A stretch of DNA of 64,000 nucleotides from Psammoneis japonica (taxonomy: Eukaryota): contig QPGO01000012.1 of NCBI GenBank assembly GCA_008632985.1, positions 372,001-436,000 on the forward strand. The letters run 5' to 3'. Shown here one piece after another: positions 11,826 through 24,369 of this stretch. Position 1 is the stretch's first letter, and each line of letters opens with the position of its first letter. The position numbers and the translations under genes were made by a program. Below the pieces are notes generated by a model. The model was not told the DNA's origin. It searched no databases and saw only the letters and a list, made by a program, of their open reading frames with translations.

Positions 11826-14800
11826 TCATTCACTCACAGTGATTGCCCAACTCTTTCTTGCAAACATGATGAATTTGATCCTTTCAGAATCAGCAAAGTC
11901 ATTGCAGCACATGCGAAGCAGTGCGGCACGAGCACCTTCCATTGCTTTTGTTCTGATGTCTTCTTCGGAAACTCCAAGACAAGCTTCTTCCTGATCAGAG
12001 GGCTTTCCCAACCACCGTTCTCGTTGTTCTTGGGTTGTGAGGTTGCTTGCAAAGAATGTGCTCGCACAGCTCTTTGCAGCATCCTTGTCCATTGTGCATG
12101 TGTCGAACACAGCCAACAATTTCTTCCATTGTTTGACAACCTGGAAGAAGGTTGCAAGAGCAAAGGGAATCACTGTGCCCCCCCCCCTTCTTCGTTTTTG
12201 GAGAGCAAGGCCCGAAGATCAATCAGATTTTGGAAAAATTGAGTCGTCCCAAAATGACTGTCGCACCACTCTCCATCTGGCATCCAGCAGCAGTCCAACA
12301 TGATTTGGTCAAACCCATGATTGTCGAAATCAACAAGTTTCTCAAACTGCTGCTTGACTCTCTTGACGAAATCTCTTGCTTTCACATTGCAATTTAAGTG
12401 CAGATCAGGATGTCCGTCTTGGAGAGAAACTGTCATTACGACGTTTGCAATTGTTTTGTTAGATTCCTCAAATGCCATTGTGCGGGCCTCGTCTCGCCTG
12501 TGTTGGTCGGACAACACTGAGGCCACCCCCTTCTCAGAGCACAATTCTTGAGAAGATAGTTGCCTTGCATTGAGCGGACGGGTCATCCCCAACCACAGCA
12601 CATTGTGTGTTTCCCCGTTGGTTTCGTCACTTGCGAAACAATCTCCTGAGTCGCCATGGTCCTCTTCACCCTCGGAGCAATGTGCAACTTGGTTGTGCTC
12701 ATCGTCAACAGGCTCTTCGCTTTTGTCCTCTTCACCCATGCAAGCAGTGGGAAGTTTGCTTGTTTTCTCGTCAATTGACTCCTCCTCGCAATCGTCACTT
12801 TTGTTCATTGCGAATGACAACAAATCACCGGCGGCCTTCTTCCTGTTAGAACGAGAAATCAATGTGACAATGTCAGCACAATCAGACAAAAAACAAATGT
12901 GATTGCCGTGAAAAAGCAACCTCTCTTCACCGTTCCAGTTCAGCTTGAACTTCATCAATCGTCACGAGTGGGACTGGCTCCCACTCACACCTTCCAAACC
13001 GCTTGATCATTGATTGCCCATCAGAGAACAAGAGCAACAGATGCTGTCCACAACAAAAGACATCGCAGATTCCCATCTTTTCACGAGCTGCACTCAGGTC
13101 ACATGGCAAAGACTCTGGACCATTCTTTCCACAGTCTTCCAAATCAAAATCACCCTCCATCCGTTCCAAGAGTAAATCGCGCTCCTCCACCGGGACCTTC
13201 ATTTCCTCCATTTGCTTCGCCGCTCCCAACTTGGCCACCGGATAGACAAGATTACGAAGGTCAGGGTGAGGATGGATCCCTGTGCCACACAGCATCAACA
13301 TCTGCACAGAGTTCATGCATCTGAACTCTCCACAATCAGCACCTGTGTGATCCCATGTTTGGACCACGGTTTGAAACATGTCCTCGATCGCCTTGTGGTC
13401 AAATGTTGGCTTGCCAACATTGTCATTGATCCAGTTGATGAGAACAACCAGTCCGCCAACAAGCAAATCCATCAAACCGTTGAGTTTCGTCCCGCACTCT
13501 GCCACATGAACCTCCTCGAAATCGAGTCCCGGGCTCTGCATGCGTTGGTTGTTGCGATCCCCCGCAATGCTGTCGAACAGCCTCGTGGCTTCTCTGAAGT
13601 GATGAAGAGCACAATCGCCAGCCAGGAAAGGACGCTTCACAGCATCTGTGTTGCACAACAAGCAGCAAAAATGGGAGAATCCGGTTTGACACCCAGCCAC
13701 AACGGCGTGACGAAAGCAATCATGTGCACCAACCTCATCGAGGTTGTCAATGATTGCGGAACAACTGCACGATAAATTAAAGTCCTTCACGATGGCAGTC
13801 AGAAGATGTTTCCTCTGCATGACAATGACGGGGTGCTCAACTGTGTCGGATGGAAGATTTGGCTTGCCAATTTCCTCTTCCACCCACACAGAGTGAGGGT
13901 CAAGGAAAAAACATTTGATGTTTCTGTGGGTAGCTTGCCCGACGGAGGACGACAAGGGCCACGGCATCTCATCATTTCTGCAGCACATGACAGATCAAGT
14001 TTTGCAAAATGACCATGCACACGCGATTGGAACTCGGCATGCCCATGTGCTGAACTGACACAGTTTCCAGCATTGCCTTTGGATGCAGTGATGACCTTCA
14101 ACGACCAAGAGCGACCAACAGCGTCTCGCAGTGACAAGCAAAGAGCACCAGTCTTGGTGCACCCATCCATGTCACAATCCTCTTTGTCAATGTGCAGCTC
14201 GGTGTCCGAATTGACGGATTTTTTGCCAGACGACGAGATGCACTTAACTTGAATTTCCATGCCTTCCCTTCTAACATGCTTGGCTCCAACCATCTTGCGG
14301 AGCTCAGCCGTGAAAAGACTGTCACGGTGCGGGTCATGGAAGGAACGCATTTCTTTCAATGCAACAAGATTAATTTCGTCCTCGCAGAGTTGCACGGTGT
14401 CCAAGATTGAGGCCATCATTTCCTGCACATCCTTTGGAAGCTTCTCCCACTTGTCCCTGCCAAAGACAGCACCAGGCTTGTGAGCAGGTCCCACTTCAGC
14501 TAACTCACCGTCCGCGACTTCGTAATTCTGGCCACAACAACCAAAACAGATCCAACAGCGCAACTTGCATTCTGGTCCATCCCTTTTTTTGTTCGGCTCG
14601 CCATGTTCCAACACTGCACGGAGTGTCGACAACACACTGAATCGCAACCCAAAAAAGCATTTCTGATGCATCTTGTCCGTGTGTCGCAAACAAGTGACCG
14701 CGCCGGAAAAATGAGAGGTTGACTGGGTCGGGCAAGCAATCGCAACCATCGATTCTTGCGTCGGATCATTGGGAGCCATGCCGTTTTCAAATCCATGCAC

Positions 14801-16610
14801 AAACTTGCGGAGGTGATTCACCAAGTGGAAATCAGAGATGCTGTGGAATGACTGGTGCTTGACACAGTCCCCCTTGAAGGAACCGGAAATGGGGGTTTCC
14901 TCAAAGACGACAAGGTGAGAATGTTGTGACTTCACCTCACCCGGAATCGTAAACGGAGATGGTTCAGGAAACACTTTCACAAGCTCTTCTTTTGTGAAAT
15001 TGTCTGGCAGAGGAGGAGGCGACTGACAAGTTGCACTGAGGGTTGGCCACTTTGTTCGGGAACATTCAAATTGTTCCTTGAGAGTCGGCACATCTTGGAG
15101 AATCAGCGATTTGTTCTGAGAAACATCAGAAGGTTCACCATCTTTGGGGTTTTTGAGACTGGGGCTTGAGGAGCAAAGGGAGGCGGCTAAAGAGGTGGCA
15201 AGAAGAACAGAAGAATCAGAGACAAGAAGAGGAGCACAAACAATCAATCAAACAATGTGATGGATTCACACCATTTGGATTTTTTCGTTTCCGAGCATTT
15301 TTCGTAACGGATGGAATTGCATTGCCGATTTCTTTCTTCTTGTGCTGAGTGGCAAAGTCACGAAGCCTGGCTTTCCACACAGCCTCAAAACGATCCCTTG
15401 CAGCCTTGCTTTTGCCGGAATCGTCAGCGGCAGAAACCACACGATCAATTTTCACACATCTTAAAAGAGTCTCATCGACATGTGTTGCACGCATTTGTTC
15501 TTGCTCGACATTGAGCATTGCCAGTCGCACAGGCTGTCCCCAAGAATGTTTGTGTTGGTGGAACAACAACTTTACGAGTTCAGGGAAGGACATGGGGCAC
15601 TCGTCTTTGGTCGTCTCATGGTGACCAAGAGCCAGGAAATCCTCCAAAAAGTTGATGTAAGTTGATGTCTTGTCACATTCGCCAAACAGGGAGCACAGCC
15701 AACAATCGCAATCACCATTCCTTTCAGGTGCATGCGGCAGAATTTTGTCACGAAGAATCAAAAAACCAATGTGAAGGCATTGCGCACAACGCAAAACCTT
15801 CCCTTCAAAACTTTTCAGCTCAATGTGCTTGACAAGTGGCTCTCCCTTTGGGTCGCACAATCCGGGATCATGGAGAAGCTTGCACAACATGGAAATCTTT
15901 GCCATCATGTTGGTTGCAATGTCTGTTGATTTTGCCTTGTTGCCAACGACTTTCACATCCTCTGCTTTGGGAGCACGGCAATGCTCCAATGCATGAGGAT
16001 GTTTGGCGCCTTGACTGGAACAACTCCATCCTTTTGCAGAAAGAAAGTGCAGCGAGCTCTTGCACCCAAGTTCCTTTGCAACAATGCGGTTCACAGCCAT
16101 CAGTTCCACAAAAAAATGAGGTCTGCCCTTCGACTTTTGCCACACACAGGCAAGCGCGATCCAATTCGGAGAGGGATCACAAGTGGAATTGCGGTGAAAC
16201 TGAACCTTGGATTTCACCGTCTTGATTGTCGCTTTGACACGGCTCCGCTCGTTGCCATTGATCACTCCAAAACCGTTGGCAAAGAGAGATTCAAATGCGG
16301 CCTCCTCGAGGTGGGAATCATTGTTGTCTTGCGACAGAGAGGCAACCAACAGGTCACGCGGCACCATGGTTGCTGTTCCAACACCAAACAATCTGGTTTC
16401 TGCAGAAATGTGCCAGAGTGGTGTGTGGGAGAAGTTGCATGTGCGCCTGGTGCAATTTGGAGTTTTAAACACAAAAACCTGCCAGACGCGCATGTGACTT
16501 CTCCCAGGGAAATCCCACGTGAGATCATGCCGGGAAAGGGCAGTGCGGAGTGCAGAATTGATGGAAGAAAACATTGTGCGGAACAGCATCAGGAGAAAGG
16601 GTGCATGCAC
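11826..16610 (-). pseudogene. Large hypermutated hypothetical gene or gene cluster (about 1500 codons in overlapping ORFs)
   Basis: Chain of ORFs 15216-16610, 13799-15247, 12927-13988, 12170-12958 and 11826-12173 with protein-like composition but almost no Tyr. Weak HxD (about 14190) and Rossmann-like (12280-12610) motifs. Confidence 0.65.
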
Positions 16611-16792
16611 TGGAAAACAACATGGATTTCTACATGCACGTTAAGGTGCATGAAAAACATGTGGGTGCCTTCAAGTGATGCGCGCAAACCATCATAAAGA
16701 AACATCCGGAAATGGAGATGGCACAGAGAGAAGTCAGAAACATGGATCCAAAACAAAGTGACACAACAGAAAAAACAACAACAACAACAAGA

Positions 16793-17195
16793 GATGAAGG
16801 CGATGGCAACGGGATCAATGAAAAAGAAGGATTCGGATGGAAAGACGCCGGAGACGGTGAAAACAGGCGGCGCCAAGACGAGGAAGGAAGAGAAAAATGG
16901 GATGGGCAAAATGAAGAAAGACAAAAAGAAGCCGACGACACGACGTCAAGAGGGGAGCAGCAATGCCATTCAGCGTTTCAAGGGACCTCTTCCTCTTGAT
17001 GATGTTCACCCAAATGCAAGAAATGCAGTGTGGCTTTTTTGGAACGGTGACAAGGAAACATCCAACGAGGCAGCGGCACATTTGAAATTCTTGCAAGAGA
17101 GCGGACAAGACATGTGGAATGAAGAGGACGATGCGGACGACTGGGCAAATTGGAGCACAGTTGTTGATCAAACAATTGGTGCACACTTTGCATGA
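16793..17195 (+). pseudogene. Small hypothetical protein remnant (Lys-rich N-terminus, acidic C-terminus)
   Basis: ORF MKAMATGSMKKKDSDGK...WANWSTVVDQTIGAHFA, divergent from the large minus-strand gene, with no Tyr. Confidence 0.4.
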
Positions 17196-18809
17196 TGAAA
17201 ATTTCATTGCATGCAATTGCAATGTTTGGCTTGTCGTTAAAGATCGTTGGTTGTTGTGAAAAAGGCAGAGCACAAAATTTAAAAAACATCTGTGTTCAAA
17301 CATGAAGAACAGCAGGAGATTGATGATTGGCCAAATGACAAAAACCGTCATGTGTGGACAAGCAGATTTTATGGTGTGGCAACACATTTTTGTCATGTGT
17401 GCAGATGTTACGATGTTGTGCACTCTGATGTCCACACCATGGCAAAGCAAGGGGGCAATCACAAAAAAAAGTGCCTGCAGCTTTGATCACTGTTGTTGCT
17501 GTTGGTGTTGTCATTCAACTGCACTCGTCACCGTGACATCGCAAACCTCTGAGTCATCCACCGGCACCAAGATTGAGCTGTTGCAAATCATCAAACCACA
17601 TCATCATCTGCATTGCAACATCCTCAAGGTTGAAAGGTGACTGTGAGGTGACAGGCTTGAGGGCTGAGGATGAAATGCCGGTGTGCTCCAACTGCTTCCT
17701 CTGCCGGCACTTTGGCATGTGCTCTGGTGAGTGTGGTGCACATTTTCCAATCGTTGCCACACACTTCAATTCCAACGTTTTACTTCTGCCACCATTTCTG
17801 CCATTTGGGCTTGTCATCCACCATCCACACCACACACAAAGCTGTGGAGCAGCAGATGTTGAGTGTTGAGCATTGCCAAGGCTGGCATCAATGTTGTCAT
17901 GATGTTGAATTCATGAGCATTCAACCCTCTGTTTGGACGCTGTGTCAAGTCCAAGTCTTTGTCAGAAAATGTTGATTTCCCAAACTCTTTGTTGAGTTGA
18001 TTTGATCTTCTGTTTTTACTTTTGGACATTGACGCCATGGATTGAGACATGGTGGGGCAAGGGGAGAGGCATGTGACTTTGTTTTGTGCATCAAAATGAA
18101 GGTCTTGAGCAGTCTGAGTAAAAGAAGAACACAAAAAAAGACACACAACACAAAAAAGTGACTGGACCCTGTCATCATGCTTTTGAGGGAGTGCTTCTGT
18201 TGCTGGGGCCCGAAAGCAGCAAGCCATGGTTCCCTCCAAGGTGGCCCCATGCAGCACATTGTAGAAGCCTGTGTTTCACAATGCTTTGTCATTGTCATGC
18301 TGCCACGAATGATCATTTTGTTGACTTGACTTGCTGATTGTGCCCTGCTGACTCAACTTTGAGGAACAAGGAACAAGCCTTTTTGGTTTGCTGCAGCTTT
18401 TCTTCTGTCGTGGCAGTGTGGAATGACATGTCACAATGCCCTGCCACCACACAATGCAAGAGAGTTTGCTGTGTTTGGTTGCAAAGGTTGCAATGCAATG
18501 ATGGACCTCAGTGCCGTCCTGACTTGACAAAGGAAAAATGTGCCAGACTTGTGTGGAATTCTGTGTGTTTTGTTGTTTTTTGACTTTGTGATTTTGGCGG
18601 GAGGCTTCTGCAAAAGTTGTGCTTTCTGGCAGTTGTTTTTTGAGGGGGTGTTTTGTGCAATTTTTTCCATGGATGACGAAAATGACTGCAACTGCACAGC
18701 ACCAACAAAGCAGTGAGCAGTGGCGCACGAGCATGCACGAATGAGGCTTTTGGCTTTTGAGCAATCATCCAGCCAGAGCAGGCCGGTGGCTCTCCACAAA
18801 ACAAGTGGG

Positions 18810-18950
18810 ATTCATGCTGGAACTTCCGTGGGATTTGATGAGGACGCAATTCCATTTTGACAAGGACAAGCAGAAAGCAACGGTCCATTTTGGTGCAAAT
18901 TTGACAAGGACGCCTGAAGAGGAATCCTCTGGATTCCCCTCCATTCAATG
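18810..18950 (+). repeat. Dispersed repeat, also present at about 55345-55480
   Basis: CAATTCC(A/G)TTTTGACAAGGACAAG...GTCCATTTTGGTGCAAATTTGACAAG...GAGGAATCCTCT is shared between the two sites. Confidence 0.85.
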
Positions 18951-19035
18951 AACAACAAGTGCTGCAATGAGAAAAACAACACACCATGAGGCTCAACCGA
19001 TGCTCAATTTTGCCACCGAACCTTTTCCTGCCAAA

Positions 19036-19568
19036 AGTGAGGGCTGAGGCCAGTGAACGGCTCAAGGAAGTGGTCAGTCCCACCTGCTCATGACTCAGCA
19101 CTTTCCCACAGTGAAAATTGCACAGGAATCTGACGATGACTGAAACGGTCAGATGACTTCCAACAACAACAATTTTTGCTGCATGCAATGCACATTCCTT
19201 GTTCTTCAATGCACAAACCAACCACTTGATGCGTCACATGCAGTCATTTCCCTGAGCTTTGCCAAAATGATGCTGAGCACTGCATTGCGTGTGTGCAAAG
19301 CTGTGCAGTGCTCTGCACAATTCGTCTTTTGTTCGGATGACTTCCAATTTGTCAAAACAACTGCATGCAATGCCCAAAATGGTTGATTCAAGTGTTGACA
19401 AACAAAGAATGCAAGTTGCGTGCAGTTGATGTTGTTGTTGGCAGAAGTCATCTGACCGTTTTTGTCATTGTCGGATTCCTGCACCATTTTCACTGCAGGG
19501 AAGCACTGAGTCACGAGTGGGCAGGACTGACCACTTCACATTTACGCGCGCTTGCCTCAGTCCTCACT
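19036..19568. mobile_element. Foldback / MITE-like element with imperfect inverted arms of about 210 bp
   Basis: AGTGAGGGCTGAGGC...GAAGTGGTCAGTCC...AAACGGTCAGATGACTTC (19036-19245) is the reverse complement of about 19350-19568. No TSD recognised. Confidence 0.8.
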
Positions 19569-20337
19569 GATGCATGACATGCCATGTTTTTCCTCTGACA
19601 AGTGCATCAATGAAAAGAGATGTGAGAGAAACCCAAAAATGGATGAAAAATCCTTCCTTTGGTTTTTGCTGCCATTCTCACTTGATTCTCACAAATTGCA
19701 CAGCAACAACTGAAACTCTGTTTTGCCGCCAAACCTTTCCCACCAAAAACACACAAGGCATTTGAGCAGAGAGAAAGGCAGTGTGGGAGCAGGTGGCACT
19801 GTCTTTGATGGGGCTGTTGTTGAAATTGTGGTGTTGTCTGAACAAGTGCAAGCTTGTCCAGTTGCCTTTGTTGCTTTCCGCAATGCAGCAGCATTGGCAG
19901 TGCAGTCTGCAGATTTGCCAGCACCATTTGTGTCCGGTCTTCTTGAAATGGTTGCTTTTGATGCAATTGTTGGCTCATCAAGGCAGGTGGCATTGCAGCA
20001 GCAAGGCAGTTGGCATGGGAGTTGGTGCTTCTGGAGCAGCCAGCTGGCACAGGACATGTGTGGCATCGGAGCAGCTGTGTGTGGTGGGGGACCAATTCGA
20101 AAATTCAGGATCAATTGCAGTGACAAAAAGAGGAGGAAAAGGGGATCAAAAATGTGATGATCACAGGGCTGCTGTGCACTTGTCATTGCTGACTTCTCCA
20201 CCACCAATTCGCAAAGATGGGCTGCAGCTCAAAGGGTCATGGAGAATTCCAATCATGGAAAGGACAAAAATGTAGAGCTCATTGTGCTTCAACCTTGGTT
20301 TCACCACAAACAAGGCGTGCACATGACAACAATGCAT

Positions 20338-20680
20338 GGATTTTCTTTTGCACAACAAGTTTGGACAACATTTGTGCATTTGATTTGTTTGGCTCACACA
20401 TGTGTTTGCAGTGAGTGCGATCAATCTTGCACTCATCCTTGTTGTTGGACGTGTTGGAGCCGCTTTTGCATTGTTTGTGCATGATGCCTGGGCTTGGAAC
20501 TCAACAACATGCCGGGATTTTCTTTTGCACAACAAGTTTGGACAATGTTTGTGCATTTGATTTGTTTGGTTCACATGCATTTACATTGAGCTTGATCAAT
20601 CTTGTGCTCATCCTTGTTGTTGGATGCACAGGGACCGCTCATTTGCATTGTTTGCATGCGATGGCTCTGCTTGGCATGCA
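20338..20680 (+). repeat. Tandem duplication, period about 177 bp
   Basis: GGATTTTCTTTTGCACAACAAGTTTGGACAA...GATCAATCTTG..CTCATCCTTGTTGTTGGA occurs twice. Confidence 0.85.
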
Positions 20681-23600
20681 CCTGCATTTCAGTCCAACTC
20701 AGGGCCATGTCACATGAGCAAGGAACTCTGTCCAGCTCCACTGGATGGCAGCTCATTGCATTTTGTCTGGAGCTCTGCTGTGGCTGTTTGCATGGTTGGG
20801 ATGCTTTTTTTAAGTCACCATGCGCCCTGCTTTGCAGTGCGCATGCACACAGACGTGTGCACGTGTGTCCACTTTTCTGCCCAAATTCTGCTTGATGCAC
20901 AGTCTGTCCATCACACTTGAAATGAAGAAAGGTCTGTGCCATGCACCAAGCCCACAAAACCAATTCTTGTTCTTTCCAAAACTCAGACACACAACATGCA
21001 ATGCAACTCAAGTCAACCATGGGATTGGTTGCAGTGGTGGCAACATTTGACACCAAGTGCAAGAAAACCTGGAGAGTGTGAGATGAAACCTCATCATGAT
21101 CACAAGGCATGCATCCCAAAGCAAGACATCTTTGCTCATTTGATGCCCCTTTGATCATCATCTGAGCTTTTTTGCTCAGTTTCTTTCTTTGTTCTGCTTC
21201 CGACATGACAGCAAATGTTTTGAAGGTGCAACGCAGAATGCATTGTGCAGGCACCCATGACTTGGAGAGTGCACTTGCCAAAGATGACATGGAAAGGTGC
21301 ACTTTCTTTGGCAGTGTTTTCTGTGTGAAAAAAGCAAGCACACCACAACCTTTGCTCATCACTGTCATTTGCAACAACCAAATTGACTCAATGTCTGCAT
21401 CAATCCATCATAAAGTTTCAATCAATGGCTCAAGCTCAACCCTCTGTGACCAAATGAGACAGTCCCGGGCAGCTGTCAGGTGTCAAAAATTTGTGCAAGT
21501 TCCTGAGGAGGTGCTGCTGCAAGCAGCAGCTGGGGGTCTTGGATCCTGCAAACACATGCGAGCCCCAACCAAATTGATCCAGAGCATGGCTTGGATTGTT
21601 CACATTGTCTGCAAAGAGGCATTTTCAAGCAGTCAATGCTTCTAAGATTGAGATCAAATTGCAGAGAACACCACCAGTGACAGGCAAATGATCTGTCGGA
21701 CACCCACCCCACATGTTTTGCATGTGTGGAATGACATGTGCAGTTTGCCAATGACACAGATTGAGTGCTTTGCAACAGTCCAAGAAGCATCTGACACACA
21801 GAAGGACATTGAGTGCTTTGCAACAGCAAGAGCCAACAACCACAATTGGTGCCATCCAACCATGAAAGTGGGTTTCATCCAATGAGTGCCCAGGCCCCAG
21901 TTTCCTCTGCCGGGCTCCAACCACTGGAAATCATTGCTGCAATGATGAGAACAGATTTGTCAATGAGCAACTTGTCAAAACAGCACAGACCAGAGCCTTC
22001 CGGTGTGCCAAGAAAACACCCATCATGTCAACATCTGCTCTCCACTGAAATGCCCAGTCCAGTTCCTCACCCTTCATTGCAGTTGAACAATCCATTTGCT
22101 GAAATGGGACAAAACAACTAAGAAAAACAAACAACACCCCAAGGGTCTGTTGCACTGGCCACAAAGAGGAGTGCAATCCTCACATTTCAAGTGCCCCCCA
22201 GACTTGTTTTGGAGGCATCTCATTTGAGGAAAAAATGTGGCATCTGGCTCTTCAACAGAAGAGATGTTGGGCCTGCACATCTTCTGGGCAATGTTCAAGC
22301 ATTTTGGGGTCTGGAGGTGTCCACTTGGGTCAGGACACATCCAGCAGTTGTCTGCAGTTGCCCCCCATGTTTGAAGCTGTGTGAACTTGTCAGCATGCAG
22401 CACAGAAAGTGTGATGTGTGACCTTGCCCCCCGTTCACAAGATCTTTTGAAGGAAGCCAGCGTGCACATTTCACATGGCTCAACAGCCAGAATGAGATTG
22501 CTGCTCAAATGACCAAGGCCTTCATGCTCACCAACAATGGGGCTGAACCTTCTCCCATTGTCCCTGCTAACTTGCCCAGATCTGTTGTGTGTGCGAGTGC
22601 AATGTGGCATGCTTCCAGCTTGCTTGTGTGCCAAAATCAACCCCCAGAGCCAAGCATGTTGGCACTGTGCACTGCTGGCTCTGCACTGGAGTTGCAGTGC
22701 TGGTGCTGGAGATCCTGTCAGCTCTGCTGCTCAGGCAGCTCACAGACGAGATCACCAAGCAACCACTTGCTGGCTTGTTCCCCACTGGCTGCAAAGCCCT
22801 CATGGGTTGGTGACAAAATGTTTTTTCTGGCTAAGAGGGAGAGTCTTGAGTCTGACAATTTGAGGGCAACACAGCTGTCTTCAGAGCATTGCATTTCCTT
22901 TTGGCAGAAATGCCCATTGGGCCCATCAACAGCAGCAGTTGGAACAACGTTGGCAGCTGTCTGCCCAAATTGTCAAGTGCAACCCAACCTCATTGTCTGC
23001 TGTGCATTGCCCCATTTTCCTCTGTGCTGCTGCATTGCACAACCTCAAGAGAGGCACTCAAAATTGTGCTCTGTGCAAGTCCTTGCATCCCAAGTGCCCT
23101 GACTCCTTCAGAAGCTTGCTCGTTTGAGCCCCTGCAAAGAGTGGACCTCTGTGCTGTGTTGCATCCCTCTGAACCTGCCCAGCTGGTGTTTTTGAGTGTG
23201 GCATGTCATTGTGAACCACAGCCCTGGTGTTGCCTCCATGTTGAGCATCAACTTGGTGTTTTTGGCTGTGGAAATGACCAGAGTGAAAGCTCTTGAGAAA
23301 TGCATGCTGGGCCATGGTGTGACCAAAAGAGCTTTTTGCCATTGCACTGGCATTGTGTTCAAGGCCAGCACCATTGTGCAAAACAAGAGTCAACATGAGC
23401 AACACTTCTCTCATTGTCAGAGTGGAGTGGCTGGGTGTGACATGCAACATGATGAGAGCAGTGCTTGGAAATTCACAACTCCCAATGGCCCATGGCAGCA
23501 TCCTGTGCCTTGCATGTTTGCAACTGCCACACCAAGTGCACATGGCTGTTGCACTGCTGACATTTTTGCTTGGTCCATTGTGTGCCCAGACATTGCCGTT

Positions 23601-23804
23601 TTGGCACACACATGTGAGGGTGTGGACCTTGCGCCATGAAGCTGGCAATGCCACTCACTCTGCAGCATTGTTTTGTTGGTGGTTTGAGCAATGTTTGCTC
23701 CACTGAGGTGCCTTGACCTCCAGATGAGAAGGGTTGCTCACCAGCAGCACCGCATCATTTTTTTTAGGATCATTTTGCCACTGCTGCTTTGTTGATTGAT
23801 TGAT

Positions 23805-23832
23805 TGAGAGAGAGAGAGAGAGAGAGAGAGAG
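23805..23832. repeat. (GA)n microsatellite
   Basis: Perfect GA run preceded by (GATT)n. Confidence 0.9.
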
Positions 23833-24369
23833 GTGCTGATTTGTTTGTTCATTCGTTCATTCAAGAGAGAGCCAGTGGAACAAAACCTGCTCAAATTTCA
23901 CTGGAACATGACCAGCTGTTCCACCCACAATGAATGATGGCTTGCTGACTTCCAACAATCTGTGGTGCAAAAATAGAGAGATCAGGCATGAGCTGCTCTC
24001 ATGTCCAGATTTTGCTCCCTCAAACCTCCAGCCCCAGAAAATCCCATGCCAAAGCAATCAACAGCTCTTGAGCCATCATGCAAGAAGATCCACTGCAACT
24101 GCCCCCATGGCCCACAGTTGCAGCTGCCACCAGCTGCCACTTTTTCCCAGTTTGCAGTTCCATCACTGCTTGTGACACCAACAAAACACCAGAACATCCT
24201 GAAGCTGACACTTCAGAGGGGGGGTGCCACAACCACTGTGCCAGTCAAACTGGCATTGGGGACAGAGACAGCATTTACAAAGATCATGCTGCATGAAGCC
24301 TTGCACATTGTGAGCCGGGCAAATGAACAAAACTTGTTGCTCTGCCATTTTGCATGGGAAGCGGTGCTG

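Noticed and set aside
17500..24350. Many 100-270 aa ORFs in the ORF track as real genes or Cys/His metal-binding proteins
   Set aside because: They overlap in all six frames and arise from loss of TAA/TAG. No recognisable domains.
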